In this document: in pieces, positions 14,101-26,100 of the stretch
Numbering within the stretch: position 1 is the stretch's first letter
Layout: each line of letters opens with the position of its first letter
Source of the DNA: Phoronis australis
Taxonomy: Eukaryota > Animalia > Phoronida
Direction: 5' to 3'
DNA: 64,000 bases
Assembly (NCBI GenBank): GCA_002633005.1
Contig: NMRA01000134.1
Location: forward strand, 655,719 to 719,718
Made by a program: the position numbers and the translations under genes
The notes under the pieces: model-generated
Database searches by the model: none
The model's input: only the letters and a program-made list of their open reading frames with translations
What the model was told of the DNA's origin: nothing

Positions 14101-17100
14101 TCACGGACGAATAATGTGAATTTATCCCCGAAGAGACCCCAAACTCCCGCGACCGATCTATGGTTTGCCTGTGGGCAGCCAGCAAACATTATTATCATAA
14201 AATATTTATTTCATGTTATCATAAAATATTTATTTCATGTTAGTTGCATAATTATTCTGAAGTTGGTGAGATATTGCAATATTTGAAGAGCTAATTTTTA
14301 AGACTTTGTTTTCAAGCTAACCTTTGGACCATGTTCAAAGTGTTGCCTTGTTGTAGACAGGAATGGCTGTAAATGCAGTCATTGATATAAACACATGGAT
14401 TTCGTTTCTGGATCAGCAGGTGGCAAGTTGTTTTGCAATTGTGTATGTGTTACTGGTTAAAATTTGATTTAAATGTTTTGAAGAGATTTTGATGCTGGTG
14501 GGCATACCAGTGTTGAATTTTGCAATACAGTAAATGAATAAAATGTAATATTTCTGAACTTTAATTATGCTCTAGAATTATCAAGGGACCAGGGACCCTA
14601 CTCACCTGATGGGAGAGGTGCCTGTGCATCCTGAGAGGAGTTTTTTAGTTGAGGGAAAAATCTCCCCTTCCCCATTTCCTGGTCACCATTAATTCCACTC
14701 CCTGTCACCACCAGGCATTGGCAATGTCTCAAGTAGCCAAAACTAATATTTTGCAAAAATGATTCTAACCTTTAGGGGAATGTTTTTGTCACTGGAGTTT
14801 TTGGACCCACTGAGGAATTTCATGTAATTTTAAAAATATTTTTCGTGGTGAAGTGGGACCATTATTGGTCTTAAAATTGACTCATCGAGGGCCCCAAAGG
14901 ACTGAATTCAGTTTTGATCAAAATGTTTGAACTAGGCCCATATAAAATGCTGACTATGAAGACAAAATATTTGGACACAGTATTTGGTGACTTCGTTGCG
15001 ACAATGATCTTCAGTTTTGGGCAAAATTATGACTACGTTTGTCTTTTTTCAAAAGGTTTTGGCTGTATAGTGTTGCAGAGGCTCAAAGTCTTAACTTGTG
15101 TTTATAGATGTTGCAAACCATGCTGAAAATGAAGAACATGTCAACTTTCTTGGAGTTTGTTGAAAAATTAAAATTAGTTACCTAAATTAATCTTCACTTG
15201 TTTACCGCAGTTTGTCCTCAATTGAAATGTTCTGTTCATCGTTCGTACTTTGTGATTAGCCCCCATTGCTTCATACAGTTTTCCTTGGTTCACTTACACT
15301 ACATCACTTTTATGTCTCCTTATTGTTTCAGTGCACAGAGCGCGTGGCTTGTTGGACAAAGGGAAGGGAGGTAAGTTACTAGTTACTAATTTCTTAATTG
15401 TACATAATATTCAGGGCTTGATGCTTAGCATAACGTTAACTACCCAAATGCAACCAGATTGCCAAACGGAAAGGGTGTGCAAAAGCCCTGGTACCTATAA
15501 ATGACTCAAAGTNAATTAGTTACCTAAATTAATCTTCACTTGTTTACCGCAGTTTGTCCTCAATTGAAATGTTCTGTTCATCGTTCGTACTTTGTGATTA
15601 GCCCCCATTGCTTCATACAGTTTTCCTTGGTTCACTTACACTACATCACTTTTATGTCTCCTTATTGTTTCAGTGCACAGAGCGCGTGGCTTGTTGGACA
15701 AAGGGAAGGGAGGTAAGTTACTAGTTACTAATTTCTTAATTGTACATAATATTCAGGGCTTGATGCTTAGCATAACGTTAACTACCCAAATGCAAAACCC
15801 AAAAATGATATAGTGACTAACCGGTGAACACAGCAAATTGCCGGAGCACCTGAAATCGCCCAGATGGCGGCGTTTTTTTGTTTTTTTTTTGCAAAGGGAA
15901 AATTAGGACTGTCTTGTATGCTCAGTATTGTACAATTNNNCCCCCCCCCCCCCCCGGCTGTCTTGAGACAATATCTAATGCAGGCTCACATCCTAAGGGA
16001 GAAGCAGGCAATCAGCACATACAGTAATTCCTGTCCTTGACTCATAAGGTGCAGGCTCTTCAATATATTGCTGAACAATTCATTCCTCCCTCTGTTTATT
16101 TTCTGTGGTATTTTCAGTGTGTTCTTGAATGAGCCTGTGGTGACTTTGTGGCAGCCTGGGATTTTTATCAGGTCACACCAAACATAACCTGAAGTCACAC
16201 TGACAATCTGCAGGTCGCCAAAACTGAGCCCTGGCATTTGTTTAGGTTCATGCCTTGGCATTCATTCCCTTGAACACCCTGCACCTTTGCATTACCAGTG
16301 TTCAAATGCTGTACTTGTGCAGGTTAATACCTATGTCGAGCAGAATGCCCAGCCTCAATTTTTATGACTGAGACTTCCTTAGAAGTACCAATGTCTTTAT
16401 GAATGCCTGTCTCATCAGAACTTTGTCTGCCATACGCGCACACCAAACATTCAGTTTCTATTTGAATGGGAAATTATGCACTCTTTAATTAAGGAGTCTT
16501 GAAAGGGTTCTTTTGACTCATTCGCATTCTCATGTTATTGAACTTCTGTGCAAAAAAATGGTGAAGACTTCCGCACGAGCAAATCGGATATGTGGCCAAC
16601 CAGGTTTCTCAAGTTTTATGCTCAACTTATAAGGTCCACCCGTGATTTTTGAATTCCCAAGTTAAAAAGCCCTGGATGTCAACTGATAGGAGTACAGCTA
16701 AACAGTGGTGCCTGGTATGTGATGCTCATATTCAAATTTCTCAATTAAAATGCCCTGAGAGTTATCCTGGATCAACAGAGCATTGATAGGCTCCTCCTGA
16801 AATACCACAGTACTATTCTCATTCTAAGGTATTTACCCACAATGCAACTCCTATGTCAAGCCCCTGTCCTGCTTTTTCATATGCAGATGTACTAGTCACT
16901 ATCTCCTTGTTATTTTGTAATTCGTCATTATAATTCAGGCTTGTATCATTGCACTTTGAGTAACAATGTTGATTTCAAGGAATGGCAAGCAAATAACAGT
17001 GCTGTGTGTGCAATGTATAGGTCTTCCCTTGTTAGAAATGTCTGACATTTTGAAAAGTAGGTCAGTCATGAGAAAGTGGAGAGCTCATTTCAAGACAGGC

Positions 17101-20100
17101 TTGTTGCTGTAGACGAAAGTTCAGCTAGATGATGGTATGTTTTTACACCTAGTTGATTATTTGTCATGGGACTTGACACTCTGTAGTCATAGTGACAAAT
17201 TACCTACAGCCCCCTCCCCCTGTATCTTTTGTGGACATAAACAAAGTTCCCAATTAAAGTACTTTGTCATATGCTTGAACCTTGCATGGCAACCAACAGT
17301 CAAAGCTCATGTCCAGATCTTTTGTAATGTTTTGGGTGTTCCACGAGAGAAGCCAGGATTGTGTATCTTTTATTGTAAGCCATTTTGTATTGTAATGGAA
17401 TATGACACCTCTACTGATGACACGTTTGATACTTGCTAGATATGATGACGTGAGTGCAGAATACCAAAGAGCTTGCAGGGTCTCACTTAAGCTGTCAAAT
17501 GCGAATGGAATAGACCGAGTGACCAGCCTGTATTTCTTACGAATTGCAGTATTTATCATTAAATTGAGCTCTTTCATGAACGCAGTTCTTTTCTCCCAAG
17601 CTGCTGTTTCTTTGTTGCACTACTTTCCATACGATACCATTTTTGTTAAGCATAACTGGCCGTTCCTTACACTCTTTGACAGGATGTGTGAGTTCACCAG
17701 CATGCTTGCTACGTTTGATGCATGAAAACTGTGATTTGACGACTTGTCATCAACATCATCACTGAAGGAAAACGTTGAACTGAATTGGATTCTAAGACAG
17801 CGAAATTAATTCTGTGTCCTCAGTAAAGAAATTGAAAATTCATGAAAATAAACTGCCTAAAAATTACGAAGTGCCATAGACAGGGGAGGTCATTTCGGCA
17901 GCACACAAATCTTCATCTGGTAATGTAAGGTGATTTTAATTTTCATCTGAGAAATGGCTCCGTGTTTTGATCAGGTCTCACTGTCTTATCATAGCGAACA
18001 GCCTTTAATGTCATTATTCACTGAATCAAGCCTTGGATCGAAATAAAAGTTTCCAATTCATGGATATAGAAACGTTTCCACCATTGGGGTTCGTGAGAAA
18101 AGAAATGTGTTTTTAAGAGAAGAATTCTGTGTGTATTCAAAAACGTTGCTGTTAGTAGGAATGCGTTTGGGCTCATGAGGGTGGAAGACTGAGTACTGTG
18201 GTATGGCACTCAGTACAGTGTTGTGTGTTTAAATGTATGAATAATGCAGCATTGTCTATGTCATGTTTTAGGTAATGATGCCTTCGCCACGGTAGGTCTG
18301 GGAAAGGAGAAGTTCTCGACTAGTATCAAGGAGAAGACAGTGGACCCTCAATGGCATGAGGAGTGTGACTTGTAAGTAGCTTGAGGGTTGGAATATCGTG
18401 TGGTGCAGCTGCTAATACTTGTAAGTAGGTTGAGCACAAGGGCCTGTTCAAAGGAAACTGACTTAACTAAAATAAATCTCAAATTTCAACCAATTTTAAG
18501 ATAAAACTTAAATTTATCTTAAATATGTGTCAAGAAAGAATCTGAAGTTTGACTTTGAGTTTTTTTTACTTAATTTTTGTCTTAGTTTTAACTACCTTAC
18601 CAGATGTGAAAGTTTGGAAGTTGAGACAAATCTTAGACGCGAGTAATAATGAACTTAAGTCAGTTTCTTGGACTGGGGCCCTGGTGTTGGTAACACTTGT
18701 AAGTATGCGGAGGACTGGGTTGTAGTATGGTGTTAACACTTGTAAGTAGGTCAACCTCTGGTCTTAGTATGGTGCTGGTAACACTTGAAAGTTGGTTGAA
18801 CGCAAGACTATAGTATGGAGCTGGTAACACGTGTAAATTGGTTGAATGCAAGACTGCAGTATGGTGCTGGTAACACTTGTAAGTAGGCTGAGGGATGGAT
18901 TATTGAATGTTGATGGTAACAGGTGTTTGTTTCCTCTAATTTGGCGATGGAAATTTTAGAGGTATTATAAGTTTGAGGTCATATCTGACCTGATTTAACT
19001 AATGGGAAGCGGGTGATGCCCTTGTTCAAGGGAAGGTGTCTTTTTTAAATACCCTAAACAGAGCACTCGACTGTCTTCATCTTGAGCTTGGAGGTGGTAA
19101 TTAGTCTGCATAGTGGCTTAGATTTTTTCTGGAGAGTTGTAAATAATGGTTGTTTTTCATATGCAATAGGCCTTTTGAAATTGTCATACAAAGTCAGTGA
19201 AAGCATTTCTTTGTGAACCCTGCTCTTAGTCATACAACTGTTGCAGTTGGATTGTGTTGTTGAACTCAGTTTAACTAAGGGTTTATGGTCCTGGCTTAGG
19301 AGATAGTTGTTTAATTATACCCTATGAATTCTGAATTGTCAACCCAGAATGCCAAGTTTCAAGGTGATTATGACTTGTTTCAGTGAAATCCCCAACATGG
19401 ATGCTGAGATCAAGATTAATGTATATCATCGTAACCTGATGGGACTGGATGAGTTCTTAGGCCAGCTACTGATGCCGCTCAGAGATTTTGATATGTATGA
19501 CACACCCAAGAGCACGTAAGCAACTAATAGTTGTCCTGTTCAAATCCAAACTAAGGCTAAATGTGTGAATTCTTTGTAGTGTAAATGTGATCAACATTAA
19601 ATAAGCCTTACTACAGGCTGTTTTTAACACTGTTTTCGTCGCATAGTTTGTGTCCTTCAACTTGAATTGTATTTATCACAATTTGTGACATCAGCAGACC
19701 TCGAACTCTCCACAGGTCATCAGATACCAGCTTTTCAAAAACCCCTCCACTTGCAGTGATGACATGATAATGGTTGCTGGTTACTCACACAAAACTTAAT
19801 TTCACGTAGTTGTGTAATTTGGTGGCTTTAGACATGCATGTTGGCTATATATTGTGACTCTCTAAAGTCCCGTTTAGACATCAACTTTTGGCCCGGCGCA
19901 ACTGACGCGGAGCAAATTGATCGGTGTCAAGCGTCCGTTTACACACACAGCTCACTAACTGTGGCAAGATGGAAATTTAAGGCTGGAGAGTGTATCACAC
20001 ATGCGCAGGTTTACAAATAACGGGAGTTGAAGAGACCATAGATTATGTACTATAGTCTATGAAGAGACAGAGAACATGTATTGAGGTCATTACACAAGTG

Positions 20101-23100
20101 CAGTAGAGATGATCCTTTCGGCCTTGCCCCAGTTTTGCGTTTAGACACATAATTGTCACAGAGCAAGATGTTCTAGGGCAAATTGCTTTACCTAACAAAC
20201 GGGTGTCAAAAGTTGTCACCGTGGTGTCAATTTGCTCCAGTTCAGTCCCGTTTACAATCATACTTGCGCTGGAACAACTCGTTCTGTGTCAGCTGATCCT
20301 GACTTATGTAGTGTAAACGGCACTTAATGTGAATAAGAAGTGTTAATGATCAGGTGGTTACTGTTGTTACTTGTTTATACTTCATGAGTTATTGAGAAGT
20401 CTCAGCCATGAACAGCTCCAAAGTCAGAAAGAGCTATTAAAGTATCAACGTCATTACTGTTAAAATTATTTGGTGGACAAAAATTCTCCAGTTTGAGACT
20501 GTGAAAAATTACTTAGTTTGTTCAAGGTGAGAGCTTGTACCACATTTTAAAAATAGTCAATATTGGCCGTCCCTAATGCAAGAGTGTGATCAATGACAAA
20601 CAATTATTCACGTTGCTGTTACACACTGGGAAGCGTGTAGAAATGTTGCATCAATAGCTTTTATCGTCGATTTTATGAAGTGCAAATTATATTTTCAGAT
20701 TCTGTTTATACAAGGTATCCGTTATTTGAGAAATATGATGTCTCGATCTTCAGAATCAAGACAATTCAATTTCAGCTTGAATTTCATTGTTCCAAATTTT
20801 AAACACTTCTCATACAGGAGAATTTTTACTGTTGGAGACCACTCATCAGTTATGGTTATAGAAGTAGTATGGACCATTCATTTCAATCCCACAGGTTGTA
20901 AAAGTTATTGTAATCTTAACTAAGCTCTGTCGTTATCCTAAAATTCATTTCAGCTGGTATCCTCTACGTTCAAAACCTAGCAAGAAAGGTCCTCAAAAGA
21001 ATCGTGGCGAAGTCGCTGTGAAGGTAGCCTTCGTCGTACGTAGCAAGAAGTATTACAGTACATCTGACCTGGCCTTGGGGAAAGAGAAGAAACGTGGTAT
21101 ACGCAAGTCCATAACTAACCTGGCTGAGAAGGCCAGTAAAGTGGGTAGGTCATACACAGGAACCTGACCGTTTCACCATGGTCAGTCTTAATGCTTCAAA
21201 TCAAAGAGTTACTCACTGTAGCATGTTCACACAGTTCAATTGGTTGTTCAATTCCAACATATTAAAATACAGTTTTTCTTTTGGTGATAGGTGCACTAAC
21301 TGGGGTTTCCTTGTCTTGGTATGAGACGATCATTGTGATTCGTTATCAGTATTTAACCAATCAGGTTTTCTCATCATCTATTATGATGTCATTGTAGGTG
21401 ACAAACTTAAACTTCCTGGACGGAAGGGTTCATTAAAGAGTGGGGGAGGTTCACTTCAACATTTGGATAGGGTAAGTTTACACGTCATTTAGCACTTCCC
21501 GAAATAGTCAATAGTTAACTGAGGTAAGTACATAGTCGCCAGACTGCAGTCGACATATTTCATTGCATGCAGAGTGTAAACAGTGCTCAGTCATGCGTAG
21601 TTTTCCAAGTTTGCCAATTTCTTCTCCATGCCTAGTCTCCAACCCACTGTGCAGCAATCTCTTAGCTGGAATAACTGAATTTCAAAATAGCTGTGCCATA
21701 TTGAAATTCAGTTTTCCCCCAGACGACAATCAGGTCTTGGACTTAAGTGGATAGGCATTAAGCGACACCTATAGTTCCCATGTAATGCGGACTGGAGATT
21801 TCAATGAACTGGGATCAACGGGGTTTTAACACCCTTCCTGCTATTATAATGCCAGAAAATTTTCACTGCAGTGCAGTGGGATGTACTAATGCTTTACGAG
21901 AAAAGGCAAACCTGTTGAAATCTCAGTGGGTGAACAAGGACATTACGTTCCATACATTTCCCACTACGAAGACGAATCCACCACAAAGCCAGTGGCTACG
22001 GCTGATAAAGCGGGAGAATTTCAGTTCCAGTTGGTGTAAAAAGCTAAAGTAAATAAGTGAACTTTACCTATTCAAGCGATGGGGTTGTCTGAAATTTATT
22101 CCTCTGTTTGTAAATCAACGAACCACTATGTAGTTGTGAATTTCTGTCCACCAAATCTGAGTAGAGGTCAATGGAAAGTCGCTTTTTTGATCTCATTACT
22201 GTAGAGAGCCCTGATATGAAACTCCCCTGTTGGCTAAATATTCTTATGAAGGTTTCTTAAAAATCAGAAAGCAGCAGCAACAGAAAACCAATGAAAAACA
22301 TGGCTGGCTATTGGTTGTGAAGCATTATACTAGGTAAACAACAATTTTGTCAAAGAGCACACATCTCCTGATTTGTGGATATTGCTTGGTGCTTAGTGCA
22401 CTTTCTTCATTTTGGCACCTTTACAATATGAAATCACTGCTTCCCAGGGGGGGGGGGTGTTGCTTGTCAAGAGGAACAAATCTGGAGTGCTAATAAAGCT
22501 TTTTAGTAGAATGCATCTGAAACATTTGCATGTCTTTTGAGATATTGATTGCTGAACCTATTGAGCTTTCAACTCTGTTGGACAGACCTCGTTATGCACA
22601 GCACTGTTATGTATTGATGCGCCTCCTGTTGTATGTTTTCAGGACTACAGCAGCCTGTCTCCAGCCACGCCTTTCCAGAGGAGGAAACTACAGGAGTCAT
22701 CTCCTGGCTCCGTCCACTCAGCACCACTACGCGTGCCATCCAATCCCGTGCAGAGGTCACACAGTGATGCCACTAGGTCAGACTCGGCCAGGTCACGACC
22801 CTCGCTGGAAGAGAAAAGTTCTGAGGATGATGAAGGTTTGACCTTTTATGGTCAACACTTATGTTTGAAGGGGCAATACATCCATACTTGGTGCCAAATA
22901 GCCAACTTCTCATTTAGGCCACTTACCATGGTTATGAAACTTGTTTTGTTTTTTACTCAGATCACAATTAATTTCAAGGCTTGAGAAGAATTGTCAGAAG
23001 TATTAGAATGCATTCTCAAGTTTGGTTAAAATGCTTTCTATTAAGCTGAAGAGTGTTTGACACATTGCAATACTGTTTATTCAATACTTAATTTGGAATA

Positions 23101-26100
23101 ATGGGATTGACATTGACTTCCATTTTATTAACTTCCAACTCTGAAGTCTCATTCATGATTTTTAGGCTATATTCTTTTGTATAATGTACCTTGTTCTCTG
23201 AGTGCATCACTTTTCTTCTTCAGATCTGGGATCCAACAATCCATTTGGGTCAAATGTAAGTTCAAGTCCAAAGTCTGATTTCTTGTCAAAGTCACCAGTG
23301 CGCGACGATGTGTTCACACAGTCACCGCCCAAAAGAAGAGCACCTCAACCACCCATCAAAGTAGATTCTACCAATCCGTTTGAGAATGACAACTCCTTTG
23401 GCACCCCCTACCGTCGCACAAAGAGTCCTGCTGGTGGTAGTCCAGACTCGGAGGTCACCAGGCAACCTGCAGACCAGAGCAACGGACAAGGTCATTATGA
23501 TGTTGTGGATTCAAAATCACCCACAGAACCTGCCAATCCAAAGCCTGATAGGCAAACAAGCCAAGTCAGTATTTCGTCGGTGAAAAGTGAAGAGGGTGAG
23601 CTTAACCAGTCAAATGGAAACGGGGAGCAAGTGGTGTACAAGTCACGAAAAGAAAAGGACAAGTTGAAAAAATACAAAGAGTGTAAGATAAATTTATTAA
23701 AGATGTATTTGCATGCTCCTAACTGTGCTACTATAAAGCAGGAATTAAGCAATACGAATTTTTACCTTTTCACATTTACAAATTGTCAATGAACACAACT
23801 GCACTAAACAAAGTGCAGTTGTGTTCATTGACAATTTGTAAATGTGAAAAGAAATATTCTGCGTATAGGTGACTTTTACATTAATGACATGCCTGGCGGG
23901 TTCACACAGCACACATCATCCCGTGTTGTTCCCCAGCAACACATCACCACCCTTCCTGGACACGGTTCAGTGATTTGTGGCGAATCGTTTTCATCACAAA
24001 ACTTGTTCTTAAAAACATTTGGCAACTCTCAACCTACTTCATATTCCCACCGTCGCTATATGTTGTGTTTGTAACTAATTTGGTCAAGCAATAACAGAGT
24101 TAAGTAATTAGCCTGAAAGTTGCACTTTAATGTGTTGATGAACCCCAATTACAATGTTTTGACGAAACCCCAATTACTGTGTTTTGATGGTAATTTTAAT
24201 TTTCTAAAATCTTAATAGCGCTGTTTTGCTTAATGGTGATGCAATTTACCAATAATAAAAATAAAAATAAAGATTAACTATGCGTCAGACCAGAACATGA
24301 TGCAAGAAGTTACCAGTGGCGACAAATGGCTACTCTCGTTTTGACGTAGATCCGACAATAAACATTGTCAATCAAAACTTGATCAAGTATCATAAATTAA
24401 TCTGTGGTGGTAATTAGGGGTTTTCCACCTAAGNAGCGATGGGGTTGTCTGAAATTTATTCCTCTGTTTGTAAATTAACGAACCACTATGTAGTTGTGAA
24501 TTTCTGTCCACCAAATCTGAGTAGAGGTCAATGGAAAGTCGCTTTTTTGATCTCATTACTGTAGAGAGCCCTGATATGAAACTCCCCTGTTGGCTAAATA
24601 TTCTTATGAAGGTTTCTTAAAAATCAGAAAGCAGCAGCAACAGAAAACCAATGAAAAACATGGATGGCTATTGGTTGTGAAGCATTATACTAGTTAAACA
24701 ACAATTTTGTCAAAGAGAACACATCTGCCTATTCCTTGGTGCTTAGTGCACTTTCTTCATTTTGGCACCTTTACAATATGAAATCACTGCTTCACAGGGG
24801 GGGGGGGTGTTGCTATTCAAGACGAACAAATCTGGAGTGCTAATAAAGCTTTTTAGTAGAATGCATCTGAAACATTAGCATGAGATATTGATTGCTGGTG
24901 TGAGTCTAATAATTTTCTTGAACCTATTGAACTTTCAACTCTGTTGGACAGACCTCGTTTATGAACAGCACTGTTATGTGTTATGTATTGATGCGCCTCC
25001 TGTTGTGTTTTCAGGACTACAGCAGCCTGTCTCCAGCCACGCCTTTCCAGAGGAGGAAACTACAGGAGTCGTCTCCTGGCTCCGTCCACTCAGCACCACT
25101 ACGCGTGCCATCCAATCCCGTGCAGAGGTCGCACAGTGATGCCACTAGGTCAGACTCAGCCAGGTCACGACCCTCGCTGGAAGAGAAAAGTTCTGAGGAT
25201 GATGAAGGTTTGACCTTTTTTGGTCAACACTTATGTTTGAAGGGGCAATACATCCATATTTGATGCCAAATAGCCAACTTCTCATTTAGGCCACTTACCA
25301 TGGTTATGAAACTTGTCTTGTTTTGTTCTTTACTCAGATCACAATTAATTTCAAGGCTTGAGAAGAACTGTCAGAAGTATTAGAATGCATTCTCAAGTTT
25401 GGTTAAAATGCTTTGTATTAAGCTGAAGAGTGTTTGACATATTGCAATACTGTTTATTCAATACTTAATTTGGAATAATGGGATTGACATTAACTTCCAA
25501 CTCTGAAGTCTCATTCATGATTTTTAGGCTATACTGTTTTTGTATAATGTACCTTGTTCCCTGAGTGCATCACTTTTCTTCTTCAGATCTGGGATCCAAC
25601 AATCCATTTGGGTCAAATGTAAGTTCAAGTCCAAAGTCTGATTTCTTGTCAAAGTCACCGGTGCGCGACGATGTGTTCACACAGTCACCGCCCAAAAGAA
25701 GAGCACCTCAACCACCCATCAAAGTAGATTCTACCAATCCGTTTGAGAATGACAACTCCTTCGGCACTCCCTACCGTCGCACAAAGAGTCCTGCTGGTGG
25801 CAGTCCAGACTCGGAGGTCACCAGACAACCTGCAGACCAGAGCAACGGACAAGGCCATTATGATGTTGTGGATTCAAAATCACCCACAGAACCTGCCAAT
25901 CCAAAGCCTGATAGGCAAACAAGCCAAGTCAGTATTTCGTCGGTGAAAAGTGAAGAGGGTGAGCTTAACCAGTCAAATGGAAATGGGGAACAAGTGGTGT
26001 ACAAATCACGAAAAGAAAAGGACAAGTTGAAAAAATACAAAGAGTGTAAGATGAATTTATTAAAGATGTATTTGCATGCTCCTAACTGTGCTAGTATAAA

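Larger units (their letters stand above)
15172..15795. repeat. Identical blocks of about 282 bp either side of the n at 15513
   Basis: 15172..15453 = 15514..15795, after which the sequences diverge. Confidence 0.93.

Noticed and set aside
17137-17725. Overlapping ORFs of about 100 aa in intron 2
   Set aside because: No recognisable domain or splice-compatible phase; likely chance or old TE.
23202-23792. 196-aa ORF (and 25565..26128) as stand-alone genes
   Set aside because: They are exon 8 of Rab11-FIP plus intronic read-through.
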